Source of the DNA: an uncultured archaeon
GTDB lineage: Archaea > Asgardarchaeota > Lokiarchaeia > Sigyniarchaeales > SOKP01
DNA length: 64,000 nt
Assembly (NCBI GenBank): GCA_964447495.1
Contig: CAYUTF010000005.1
Span: forward strand, 9,509-73,508
Reading direction: 5' to 3'
Each line of letters starts with the position of its first letter. Positions within the stretch are counted from its first letter, which is position 1. Positions 30,650-40,656 of the stretch are shown here, one piece after another. The notes beneath the pieces are model-generated. The model worked only from the letters and a program-made list of their open reading frames with translations. It ran no database searches and was not told the origin of the DNA. A program made the position numbers and the translations under genes.

Positions 30650-31570
30650 GTGCTCCCGTACTTGAAAATTGCATTGATAGGGCTTTCAGGTTGTGGTAAA
30701 ACAAGCCTCTACTCTGTTGCTTTTGCGGAAAAAAGTCCAGAAGACACCAAAAAGTTTAGTCCAACAATTTTATATGAAACTCGAAGGCATCCCTTTTTAG
30801 GATTACAAGTTGGCATATTTGACTTTGGAGGGCAAGAACAATATAGAAAAGAGTATATGGAAAAGCCAGAAGTGTTTAGAGGTACTGATATCTTAATTCC
30901 TATTGTGGATTTACATGATCCTAAATCTTTTAAGCAAGCAAAGGAGTATTTTGAAGGGTTATTAAATATTTATCGAAAAAATAATGAAAAGCCGAAAATC
31001 TTTCTATTCTTGCATAAATATGACGTTGAGAATTATCAAAAAGAACTTCTCGATACAAACGTTAAAATGGCTAAGGAAGCTTTATTAGATTTGTTCAAGG
31101 ATTATGAGTTTGATTACAAGTTAACGAGTATTTATTTACAAGATGAATTAGCTAAAATTTTCAGGGATATTTTAATATCTTCCTATTCAGAGCTAAAAAC
31201 TCATGTTGAGAAAGCAGAGAAGCAGTTAGAAGAAATTAAAGCAAAAATTATTATTTCTGATGTATCGGGAAATGTCATAGTACATAATGTTCAAGGCGTG
31301 AGTAGTGGATTAACATTAAGGGGAGATTTAAGAGACTTTATCAATGCTTGCAATACAGTCCGAGAAAATCTTTTTATGTCAGATTCTGCTGAGTTTAAAG
31401 GGAGAAATGATGATGGAAAAGAGATTGAACTCTACATCTTCAAGTATATCATTTCTGTTCTTGTAATGAAATCTGGGGAGATTGAACGTGAATCTCAAGA
31501 TAAACTTAATATGTTATTGAATGACATGAAATTATTTGCTGATTTAATAATTTCAGCCCACACTGAGTAG
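30650..31570 (+). CDS. Rag/Gtr-like small GTPase with C-terminal roadblock-like domain
   Basis: GLSGCGKTS, PTI, DFGGQ, Rag-type HKYD and LTSIY motifs; about 120-aa alpha/beta C-terminal domain. Confidence 0.82.
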   Translation: MLPYLKIALIGLSGCGKTSLYSVAFAEKSPEDTKKFSPTILYETRRHPFLGLQVGIFDFGGQEQYRKEYMEKPEVFRGTDILIPIVDLHDPKSFKQAKEYFEGLLNIYRKNNEKPKIFLFLHKYDVENYQKELLDTNVKMAKEALLDLFKDYEFDYKLTSIYLQDELAKIFRDILISSYSELKTHVEKAEKQLEEIKAKIIISDVSGNVIVHNVQGVSSGLTLRGDLRDFINACNTVRENLFMSDSAEFKGRNDDGKEIELYIFKYIISVLVMKSGEIERESQDKLNMLLNDMKLFADLIISAHTE

Positions 31571-31622
31571 AATCAACCTCAATTAATTTTTATATCTTTT
31601 CTATTTATTGAATTCAGTGTAT

Positions 31623-32264
31623 TTAGGTATAGAATATTCTATAAAGTTCGTCATAAAGTCTTGCAAGCTTAGAAATTACATCGGGATTATTTTGTTGTAA
31701 ATAATATGAGAGATAACTTGATAAACCTTGTGGATTTTTAATCCATTCTAAAAAAGCCTCAACTTCTGCTTTTATTAAAGGATCGATATTAATCTCGCCT
31801 ACTTTTGATAACCCATTATAACTTTTAGCTAAATTCTCCGCTTCTTCAGTATCGACATCCGTTTCAATAAATGTAGATTTTGATCCTTTTGATATCATAG
31901 CAGCAGCCCTTGCTACAGCAGGATAAGCTAAATGAAACCATCCTTTCGCTTTAGGACTGATTTGAGCAATCATGTATTTATCTCCATCGGGTGTAGCTGC
32001 CCCAATAAGATGCCCCTTATTATGCCGATTGGTTGCAATGAATCGTTCTGGTGCCATTTGAACAATCGAATAGCGTATACTTGCTACTGTAACTGATTGA
32101 GCAGAATTACTTGTCCAAGATGCTAATAGATTTTTTATATCGCTTTTAATATTCCAATTCTTTGTTGAATATAGCATTTTTCCATTGTTTGCAATAATTG
32201 CTATAGATTTTGCATCTTTATAATGATGCTGTAATTTGCTGACCACATTTTTAAAATCTGCCAT
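31623..32264 (-). CDS. Asgard profilin-like protein with about 85-aa C-terminal extension
   Basis: IAII..NGK....T.NWNI..D...SVTV..IRY.IV....ER.IATN...KGHLI pattern resembles Loki profilins (recalled, not searched). Confidence 0.78.
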   Translation of the reverse strand: MADFKNVVSKLQHHYKDAKSIAIIANNGKMLYSTKNWNIKSDIKNLLASWTSNSAQSVTVASIRYSIVQMAPERFIATNRHNKGHLIGAATPDGDKYMIAQISPKAKGWFHLAYPAVARAAAMISKGSKSTFIETDVDTEEAENLAKSYNGLSKVGEINIDPLIKAEVEAFLEWIKNPQGLSSYLSYYLQQNNPDVISKLARLYDELYRIFYT

Positions 32265-32287
32265 CTGATTTCCTTTTTACTTTATTA

Positions 32288-33643
32288 TTATTTACTTATA
32301 TCTATCCAATTATCGATTTTTTCTAAAAATTCATATTTTTCTTTGGCACTCAATCCTTTATTAAGTTGAGCACGTTGATATATATTTGCTAATTTACTCA
32401 TTTCCCATAAGAAGTTAATATGGAATACTATAGATTTTATATAATCACGTCCTATTTCCAATGCTTTTCCAATTGAGCGTACATCGTAATCCGCTTCTAC
32501 AATTTTTTTCAAAGTCGATAAAGTATCAACTATATTTGTCATAGGAATCTGTGGAAGGGGTTTTATCTTCACAGTTGGACGCTCTATAAATCTGGGTTCA
32601 AAATAATCTCGTTTTAATTCTTCTTCTGCCATATCTGGCTCTACATGCTGTGGCTGATATAATTTGTCTTTAATGATCGATACAGAATCTTCTAACTCTT
32701 TTTGGGATTGTCGTTTAAACTGATTGGGCCAATTTACAATACTATCGATGTATTTTTCTGCAGCTCTTAAAATCGACACTTTTTTTCCGTTTTTATTGGT
32801 ATTGTTTACTTGATAAATTGGCAAATTTGGTATCTTTATTTTTAACCATATATTAGCTTGATCAATTAATGAATACAGGTGCATCGGATCAAATTCAATC
32901 GTAGAATATACATCCTTCAGTATGTTTAAGTTCTCATTAATTGACTGGATTTCTGAATCGGTGAAATGATCAATAAGAAATCTATAAAGTCTCAATGAGA
33001 TTGAATTGATTCCTGCAGTTGGTTCTATATATTTCATTTTTAAATTAGATTCCATTCCATCGGAAATTAATATAGTATTGAAATAATCCCAATGAGCGCT
33101 TAAAATCATATGATCGGTTTTTCTAAGTTGATACGACGTAGGATCACGGATTTTCTCCATAAAATCTAAGAGAATGTCCTTATAGGGAATAAAAAGATTT
33201 CTCACTAAGGTCCCTTCAATAAAGGTCTTTTTATTTGGTGATTTAAAAGACAAATCAATTGGTAGTTTAATCACATCTTCAGCAATAATCACATCGGAAT
33301 CATTTTGTAATGTAAGATTTCTTGATGTTGCTAAACGATCGTATACAAAATCAGAGAGCATTAATCCCGTTAACAATCTACTATCTGTTATATATCTCCC
33401 AGATTGAACTTCGAATTTTGTATAATAATATCCTAAACCCATAAGATAATATATTATTCCTTTTGGAGTGTGAACTCGTCGTTCCATCCCACCAAAAAAG
33501 ATTACTAAATCCTGAGAAATTTTTACAACATCATGATGAACATAAGTACCCAATGTGGGATATCCTAGAAGCTTACCCCAACTAGGGATTACCAGAAAGA
33601 TGTTATTTTTAATTAAATCTCCTTTTATAATTGCTTTTGACAT
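32288..33643 (-). CDS. Hypothetical protein, likely co-transcribed with the profilin-like gene
   Basis: 451-aa ORF, 23-bp gap to the next gene; Pro-rich linker followed by a helical C-terminal domain. Confidence 0.75.
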   Translation of the reverse strand: MSKAIIKGDLIKNNIFLVIPSWGKLLGYPTLGTYVHHDVVKISQDLVIFFGGMERRVHTPKGIIYYLMGLGYYYTKFEVQSGRYITDSRLLTGLMLSDFVYDRLATSRNLTLQNDSDVIIAEDVIKLPIDLSFKSPNKKTFIEGTLVRNLFIPYKDILLDFMEKIRDPTSYQLRKTDHMILSAHWDYFNTILISDGMESNLKMKYIEPTAGINSISLRLYRFLIDHFTDSEIQSINENLNILKDVYSTIEFDPMHLYSLIDQANIWLKIKIPNLPIYQVNNTNKNGKKVSILRAAEKYIDSIVNWPNQFKRQSQKELEDSVSIIKDKLYQPQHVEPDMAEEELKRDYFEPRFIERPTVKIKPLPQIPMTNIVDTLSTLKKIVEADYDVRSIGKALEIGRDYIKSIVFHINFLWEMSKLANIYQRAQLNKGLSAKEKYEFLEKIDNWIDISK

Positions 33644-33944
33644 TGGTGTATGACTTTGATTATCCCTTTAGTAATAGGATGTTAATTATTAATATATAGT
33701 TTTTCGAAATGGATAAAGCAATTTATACAGAAAAGAAGAAAAAAATGATATTTATACTTATAGTTCTTCTATTTTAAAAAAATTACTATAATTTTGTTCT
33801 TCTAATATTAATTTGATACCAAGATATCAAAAATACATATAAGTCCTGAATTGTATAATTTTTAGAATAGATGATGCGTTATATTTCTTAATTTTTTACT
33901 TTTCATATGAATGAGATAGTATAAATTAATTCATTTATGATTTA

Positions 33945-34739
33945 CTAACTTAGATTTTTAGGTTTCTTCATATAATAATATTTAAATAGTGTTCTAAATC
34001 CTAGTTTTTGGTATAATCTGAGCGCTGGAATATTATCTTTCTCAACTTGAAGCCATATTTTTTTAATTTGATTCATAGAGGATAAATATTCGATAATTTC
34101 TTTTATCATCGTTGATGCTATAGCTCTTTTACGATACTTAGGCTTAATTAATATATCAGCTAAATATAAATATTGTCTTGGCTCTAAAACAGCCATAAGT
34201 ATTCCGATAATCTCATCGTTATTTTTCGCAGTTATGAATCTTTTTTTCGGTATGATTATTTTATTAGTTAATCTTTGAATTACTTTCTGTTCTTCCTTAG
34301 ATCGAGAAGAGAACTCTGCTAAAAAATTTGAAAACTCTAGAGAGCGTTCTTTATCAATATTATAACTAAATTCATAATTATAATCCCCAAATATTAGATT
34401 TTGAGCCTTGACAACCATGGTATTTGTGAAGTCGAATGGAGTATAGTTTCTTTCGATAAGTTTGTCCTTTAAATAAGATGGTTTGAAACAATCTGGTAAA
34501 TAAAAAGTAGGCGTAATGATATGTCTCTCATATGCATTTTCAACCATATCTATATCTATATCTATTGTTTCCATTGTTCCAGTATAATTTAAGGGAATTA
34601 CGGAGTTTGCACGCCAAGTCACACCATCATTAAATCGTAAAATCCACCCATTCAAGAAGAAATAATTATTAGCGGGCCAAGAATTCATAAATATTTCTTG
34701 AACTTTTCTAACCTCATCAATGTGTTTCATATTTATCAC
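33945..34739 (-). CDS. GNAT N-acetyltransferase
   Basis: GW.LR...GVT.RANS N-domain; PKYRKRAIA, LQVEKDNIPALRLYQKLGF. Confidence 0.88.
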   Translation of the reverse strand: MINMKHIDEVRKVQEIFMNSWPANNYFFLNGWILRFNDGVTWRANSVIPLNYTGTMETIDIDIDMVENAYERHIITPTFYLPDCFKPSYLKDKLIERNYTPFDFTNTMVVKAQNLIFGDYNYEFSYNIDKERSLEFSNFLAEFSSRSKEEQKVIQRLTNKIIIPKKRFITAKNNDEIIGILMAVLEPRQYLYLADILIKPKYRKRAIASTMIKEIIEYLSSMNQIKKIWLQVEKDNIPALRLYQKLGFRTLFKYYYMKKPKNLS

Positions 34740-34917
34740 AAGAATAAAGTAGCTTAAATAATTAAAATTTCATATCCTTAATTATAATATTTAACTTTTT
34801 TTAATCTAAGTTTGTACGTCATATAAGTAATAAATCAATGAGAATCTCGTAAGAATTTAAGTAAATAATTAATTGAATTGTTAAAGAGTATATTTTAGAT
34901 AATTTAGGCTTATTTGT

Positions 34918-35073
34918 ATGAAAAAACTTGCAGAAAAATTAGGAAAACTTGATATTGAACTTTCAAAATGGACAAGAAAAATATTGTATGAACATATTGT
35001 GGAGATTAGTGACCAGCTAAATACACAATTTAATCCTAAAAGTCATCAATTTAAGCAAACCGTAGAAGTATAA
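34918..35073 (+). CDS. Small ORF (51 aa), hypothetical
   Basis: MKKLAEKLGKLDIELSKWTRKILYEHIVEISDQLNTQFNPKSHQFKQTVEV in an otherwise empty intergenic region. Confidence 0.4.
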   Translation: MKKLAEKLGKLDIELSKWTRKILYEHIVEISDQLNTQFNPKSHQFKQTVEV

Positions 35074-35427
35074 GCTTTTCTTATTTCATCCTATCCTATT
35101 TTTTGTAGTATTAACTTGGATCTTCTAATCCAGATTTTCTTTCTTCCATTGTTTTAGATATAAATAAAAAATTCTATAGGAGAAACCAATTGAACTGAAA
35201 GAATCTTTTAAATACCGAGTAATCTTCTTTTGGTTGGTTCGAAACTTAATCAACTTTAAAATTAGGTATAAAAACTCGTTAATTAATCATTATAATATCA
35301 TAATAACATAACTTTTATCTCAGAAAACTCTAAAATCATTAAAGGGAATACTAATTTTTAAGAGGTTTACATAATTCTTTTTCTTAATAATTTTAAGAAC
35401 CTCGTAAGTTATTTCGAATTTGGGACA

Positions 35428-35631
35428 GTGATCATGAAAAAGATTTGTAAATGGTACTATTGTTGTCCTATTAAGTATTTTGTTGATAGTGGCAAATTAG
35501 ATAAAAAGTGGGTTGAAGATTTTTGTTTAATTGACAATCATGAGTGCGTTCGATTTCAATTAGAAGAAAAAGGTATTTACCATGAAGATAATATGCTTCC
35601 TGATGGAAGTATAAAAGATGATCTTGAATAA
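35428..35631 (+). CDS. Small Cys-rich putative metal-binding protein
   Basis: CKWYYCCP...W...FC.....CVRF...E..G..H.DNMLPDG. Confidence 0.7.
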   Translation: MIMKKICKWYYCCPIKYFVDSGKLDKKWVEDFCLIDNHECVRFQLEEKGIYHEDNMLPDGSIKDDLE

Positions 35632-35660
35632 TATGGTATTATTCCTATATTTATAAGATC

Positions 35661-37085
35661 TTACTTTTTATGATATTCAATTGTCACTGTGTCTAACTTC
35701 TTTACTGCGGATTTTTTCTTATTCCATAATTGTTGGGCTTTCTCAACCCATTCGATAAAATTATCAGTATTGTCAGGATAATGTTCATAGTGTTTTTTAA
35801 TTTTTCCCGCTAAGCCATTTGCGCTTATTAAATTCTTAATATGCTTGAAAGACAATTTTCGTTTAATTATTCCCCATAATAATTTTCCAATAAATTTAAG
35901 GAGTTCTCCTAACGTCATCTCTTCTTCATATTCTTTATTAGGCTCTGGAATCTCATCATCTTCGCCTGTTTTATAGATTAATCCTTTTTTAATGAAATAA
36001 CCCCATTCTTTTTCATTGAAATTGAGAATCCCAGAGAGTTGGGTAAATAACATCGCAAATTTAGCACCTTGGTCTTTGAAATATCTTGCATTAATATCCC
36101 ATAATAAATCTCTCGATATATACCCTGGAGTCTGAAGAGCTTTATCAATGACTTCAGTAGCGATCATACATAACATCCAAGTGGCGGTGACTCCATGTCC
36201 AGAAAAGGGATAAGTTATAGCTGCGGCATCACCAATACAGAGAAATCCATCTGCCACTAATGAGTAAGGTGGTCTTCTGTATGGTGTAAATCCTTGCTCT
36301 TCCTTAGTTACTTCATATGAGGGTAATTCAATTCTATTTAAGAAATCTTCACGAGCTAAACGGGCATTTTCATAAGAACCTGGTTGACCAACACCCAAAA
36401 TTGCCCCTTCTTTCTCATAAGAAGGACCAAACCATAGTAACCACCAATTATACCCCGTATCTGATATTGGATGAGGCTTTTCAAGTTCAGACCATTTAAT
36501 ATACTGTAAAAGAACATGCATTACATCATTTGGACCTAATTTAAAAGTTTCCATACCATAATCTTGAGGCAATGAAGTTCTAATTACTGCAGAGGTACCT
36601 GAAGCATCAACTATGATTCGCGCATTATATTTTAGTTCTTCTCTATTTTTTTCAACAATTATTCCAACAATTTTCTTATTTTCAAAAACTAACTCCTTAA
36701 ATTTAGTTGAAAATTCAATTATTACTCCATCCTTTTCTAAAATAGTATACATTTTATTTAGGAAGGGCGTTAATCTTACTATGGTTTGAAATGCTCTGAT
36801 TTTTAGTTCTGTTTTTAAATCAGGAGTCACAACTGTCGATTGATCTCTTATTTCAATACAGTCTGGATCGCCAGGTTTAAAAGAAGGTAATCCCGCTTTT
36901 TTTATCCTATCTGATTCAAAATGTATCACATCTAACCTCTTTCCCACATTTTCTCTCTTATCTTGTTCAATGATTAGAACAGAGTGCCCTAATTTTGCAA
37001 TACTCCATCCTAAATAAGTCCCTGCTGTACCTGCTCCAACAATTAAAACATTATATTCATATTTTCTACTCATTTTACTATTCAC
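35661..37085 (-). CDS. FAD-dependent oxidoreductase (geranylgeranyl-reductase-like family)
   Basis: VLIVGAGTAG, IVDASG, IGDAAAITYPFSGHG. Confidence 0.85.
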   Translation of the reverse strand: MNSKMSRKYEYNVLIVGAGTAGTYLGWSIAKLGHSVLIIEQDKRENVGKRLDVIHFESDRIKKAGLPSFKPGDPDCIEIRDQSTVVTPDLKTELKIRAFQTIVRLTPFLNKMYTILEKDGVIIEFSTKFKELVFENKKIVGIIVEKNREELKYNARIIVDASGTSAVIRTSLPQDYGMETFKLGPNDVMHVLLQYIKWSELEKPHPISDTGYNWWLLWFGPSYEKEGAILGVGQPGSYENARLAREDFLNRIELPSYEVTKEEQGFTPYRRPPYSLVADGFLCIGDAAAITYPFSGHGVTATWMLCMIATEVIDKALQTPGYISRDLLWDINARYFKDQGAKFAMLFTQLSGILNFNEKEWGYFIKKGLIYKTGEDDEIPEPNKEYEEEMTLGELLKFIGKLLWGIIKRKLSFKHIKNLISANGLAGKIKKHYEHYPDNTDNFIEWVEKAQQLWNKKKSAVKKLDTVTIEYHKK

Positions 37086-37251
37086 CTTAATTACTTACAA
37101 GTAAAAATCTTCTGATCTTAAATATGTAAAATTATAGTATATCTTATATTTTATGTACTAGTATGTGTAAAAAAGTATGTTTTTGATAAACTTTAAAATA
37201 GAGTAATAACGTTAGTGATTTGAATTTACATTAAAAACGTTTTGATGTAAT

Positions 37252-37395
37252 ATGGATGACCGAAAATCTGAAAATAAATCGGAAATATGGTTAAAATATT
37301 GCGAAGACTGCATCAAATCGAAATTAGAAAGTAATGGAGACTCTGTTTCTAACCCTAATCCTAATCGCTTGAAAAAGAATTCCTCACCACTTTAA
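37252..37395 (+). CDS. Small ORF (47 aa) with CxxC, hypothetical
   Basis: MDDRKSENKSEIWLKYCEDCIKSKLESNGDSVSNPNPNRLKKNSSPL. Confidence 0.3.
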   Translation: MDDRKSENKSEIWLKYCEDCIKSKLESNGDSVSNPNPNRLKKNSSPL

Positions 37396-37490
37396 CGGTT
37401 AAATGCATTTAAATATCTCTTTTCTTCTTTTTTAGACAGAATATAAAATAATTAAATATGTCGGAATTGTTTACTTCTACTTCTAATCAC

Positions 37491-37510
37491 CCCTCTCCCT
37501 CTCCCTCTCC
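37491..37510 (+). repeat. (CCCTCT)3 pyrimidine tandem repeat
   Basis: CCCTCTCCCTCTCCCTCTCC within AT-rich intergenic DNA. Confidence 0.6.
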
Positions 37511-37585
37511 TTGCAAAATTCTTAAAGGGCAAATTTTTTTTAACCCCATTTCATATTATCAAATAACATTTATCGTGAGTATATA

Positions 37586-38770
37586 TTGATTATGAATTCA
37601 AAAAAACGGGTTAAAGCAGCAATTTACTTCAATACTCCCGATAGAGTTCCCATCTTTAATAAGATAAGTGGTGATGTATTCCCATTACTGATCAGTTATT
37701 CAAAAAATTGGAAACCTGGTTGGAATGAAGGTGAAGAAGATTTATTTCCCCATATAAGAGGTATATCTAATTGGAATCGCCCTAATTGGGTAATTAAAAA
37801 CCCTGAATATGAAGGAAGTAATTGGAAAAGAATACCTCATGAGGAAATTGATGAATGGGGATGTATATGGAACATGAAAGGAAATGATCAGAATATGGGA
37901 CATCCCGGGCGTCCTTCCCTTCTCGATTGGAACGATTTTGATGATTATTTTGATAGATATACTCCAGATGCAAGTGATAAAACAAGATATGAGTTCGCTC
38001 TTGATCAATTAAATAATCTTCATGATGAAAAATATAAAACTCTACATTTAAATTGTAATGGTCCATCACAAGTGATATCCAATGTAAGAGGTTTCGATAG
38101 ATATTTAATAGATCACAGAAAACATCCAAATGAGTTACAAAAAGCCTTAAAAAAGGTTGCAGATTATCATGTTGAAGTTATGAAATATGCTAAGAAATAT
38201 GGAATTAATGCTGATGGATTTTGGATTGTTGATGATTTAGGTGAACAAACTGGTCCTTATTTTGGGCAGAAATTGTTTGAAAAGATTCATGAAGAATCAT
38301 ATCGAATTATTATTGATAACGCTCACGATATGGGTTTAGAAGTACATCAACATTGTTGTGGGAAGATCGATCCTTTACTTGATTCATTAATAAAATGGGG
38401 ATTAGATGCAATCGAATTAGACAGTCCGCGAATGAGCGGGTATCCTGATTTAAGAAAATATCGGGGAAAAATAATGTTCTGGGGTTGTGTAAACATTCAA
38501 TCAACATATACTTTAGGAACACCTGAGGAAGTTGAAAGAGAAGTATGGCATATGATTCGAAATTTAGGGACAAAGTATGGAGGCTATGGAGCATACTTTT
38601 ACGATACTCCAAAGGATTTAAATGTTCCCCGAAAGAACATTAAAGCATTTCAAAAAGGTTTAGATCATTTTGGAGTATACTCGGAAATTCCAGCTCATTG
38701 GTGGAATTATCCAACACCAGAGATTTGGAAGGATGATGTGGTACCCCTTTTACCACCAAATCATTTATGA
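37586..38770 (+). CDS. Uroporphyrinogen decarboxylase-like / MtaA-CmuA family protein
   Basis: MNSKKRVKAAI....PDRVP, DEWG, DDLG.Q, HCCG, GTPEEVE. Confidence 0.85.
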   Translation: MIMNSKKRVKAAIYFNTPDRVPIFNKISGDVFPLLISYSKNWKPGWNEGEEDLFPHIRGISNWNRPNWVIKNPEYEGSNWKRIPHEEIDEWGCIWNMKGNDQNMGHPGRPSLLDWNDFDDYFDRYTPDASDKTRYEFALDQLNNLHDEKYKTLHLNCNGPSQVISNVRGFDRYLIDHRKHPNELQKALKKVADYHVEVMKYAKKYGINADGFWIVDDLGEQTGPYFGQKLFEKIHEESYRIIIDNAHDMGLEVHQHCCGKIDPLLDSLIKWGLDAIELDSPRMSGYPDLRKYRGKIMFWGCVNIQSTYTLGTPEEVEREVWHMIRNLGTKYGGYGAYFYDTPKDLNVPRKNIKAFQKGLDHFGVYSEIPAHWWNYPTPEIWKDDVVPLLPPNHL

Positions 38771-39673
38771 TAATTTATAATTCATTGGAATAAAAACGGG
38801 AAAAATATAAGCATCAATTACCTTAGAATAATATTTTATTGTATCTCCTACCACCCACATAATCGTTGCTTTTTTTATATGATTTTGTTGCATATCCCAT
38901 AAGCACCACTTTAAGAGTTCTGCGCCAATTCCTTTTCCACGCAAATTTTTCAATACTCCTGTGGGACCAAAAGAACCAGGGAATAATTGACTATGTGTTG
39001 CCCATCCTATTATCTTATTCTGTTTGTCTTTTGCTATGAAAGTAGTTGGTGGATTTAGTTTATAAGAGAGTTCGACTTCTTTTGCCCAAGTTCTTTCTGG
39101 TAAGAATTCTTCCACAAACTTAAATAATTTTTGAAAATCCTCTTGTTTAACCCTTTCAAAATGATATCCTCCATTTTCTAATTTAGGAATTAGGCTTAAA
39201 TCTTCAAGATTAACCGTAAGATTTTGTCTCATTTTAGAAGTACGAAATCTATTTTTTTTCAAAAAGAAATATAAACTTGTATGTCGTAAATCAACACCAG
39301 GTTGCCAATAATTAGGGACAGAATCACCATAAGAAATCCTATTTGCGCCTTTAGAATGGGCTCTTTTTATTAATTCATTTAACATGCGGGTTCCAATACA
39401 TTGTCTCTGAAACTTTTTGTCTACTAGACATGCTTTTAAGTAACAAATTCTTTTAACTGCATTTAAACGTATAATTGCGATAAACGCAGCGATAATTAAG
39501 TTTTTTTCTTTACTTCTTAAAATTAAGGTTAAATCAGGGTCAAAATCTTTATCCTCTAATGTTCCCTTTTTAAAATAATGGGAGGGAATTAAGGATACAA
39601 TCTGATTTCTTTTAAATAAGGCATAAACATCTTCAATATTTTCCGCATTTAAGGATTTATAACTCATATTCAT
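38765..39673 (-). CDS. Tandem GNAT acetyltransferase
   Basis: VDKKFQRQCIGT and FGPTGVLKNLRGKGIG acetyl-CoA motifs; PNYWQPGVD. Confidence 0.85.
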   Translation of the reverse strand: MNMSYKSLNAENIEDVYALFKRNQIVSLIPSHYFKKGTLEDKDFDPDLTLILRSKEKNLIIAAFIAIIRLNAVKRICYLKACLVDKKFQRQCIGTRMLNELIKRAHSKGANRISYGDSVPNYWQPGVDLRHTSLYFFLKKNRFRTSKMRQNLTVNLEDLSLIPKLENGGYHFERVKQEDFQKLFKFVEEFLPERTWAKEVELSYKLNPPTTFIAKDKQNKIIGWATHSQLFPGSFGPTGVLKNLRGKGIGAELLKWCLWDMQQNHIKKATIMWVVGDTIKYYSKVIDAYIFPVFIPMNYKLS

Positions 39674-39689
39674 TGCTTTGGGCTTTTAA

Positions 39690-40403
39690 TCATAATAATT
39701 TTATTACATCCTTTAATGAGCCTTTATAATCAGGTTCGGGCATACTTGAGCTAAAATCTGTATTCGAACTTTCTACCAAGAAAGTTGGACAGCCTATTTT
39801 AGCAGCAATCATATCTTTCGCCTCATCACCAACCATCAAGCAATTATTAGCGGGAATCCCCATAAATTGTACTATATCTTTATAATATAACAAATTGGGT
39901 TTATTGGCTCGGGAATTTTCAATGTGCGTTATTAATTTAAAATCAAAGTTACCAACTCCCGCCCAATCTAATCGCTGCTTAATAGCTGTTAAAGGAAGAA
40001 CGGGAGTAGTGGCAATTACAGCTTCAAGATTACTCTCAAATACTTTTTGAACAACAGAAAAAGCACTTTCTTTTTTTACGGTATATTGTTTAAGTTTTAC
40101 AAATTCATTTTCATAAAATTTATCAAAATAGGGTTGTATTTCTTCACGAGTGTAGCCTTCTAACGGAAAAAAAACTTCAGCAAATACAGAATCATTAGTT
40201 TTATTTCCATCATTATGATTTACTGCTTCAGATGCTTTCAGGAGTTTTGAGATTACTTTCCGTTGTGGAACTAAATGGGAAATACTTTCTGATAACATTC
40301 TTAAATAATTAGGAATAAATTGTTTTAAATCTACGTCTATTAAAGTTCCATCTAAATCAAACAATACTGCTTTTATATTATGTTTTTGTCCCACTTTCTT
40401 CAA
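39690..40403 (-). CDS. HAD-superfamily hydrolase
   Basis: FDLDGTL, ATTP, KP, MVGD. Confidence 0.92.
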   Translation of the reverse strand: MKKVGQKHNIKAVLFDLDGTLIDVDLKQFIPNYLRMLSESISHLVPQRKVISKLLKASEAVNHNDGNKTNDSVFAEVFFPLEGYTREEIQPYFDKFYENEFVKLKQYTVKKESAFSVVQKVFESNLEAVIATTPVLPLTAIKQRLDWAGVGNFDFKLITHIENSRANKPNLLYYKDIVQFMGIPANNCLMVGDEAKDMIAAKIGCPTFLVESSNTDFSSSMPEPDYKGSLKDVIKLL

Positions 40404-40656
40404 TTAGCAATAGAATTATATTAATGATAAAAAGTTATAATTAAAATTATAATTTTCGAATAATTCACATAGCTAATGTTAAACACGAAACTTTATCAAA
40501 GGATCAAAGTTTTATCCTTACTTGAATTAATTAAATTATTTTTACTCAAGAGAATGCAATATAATCTTTAATGGTAATCTAAATTAATAATAAAAAATAT
40601 TTATTAAAGTCTATATTAAATATAATTATAAATATCTCTCAAGCGATTTGTAAATT

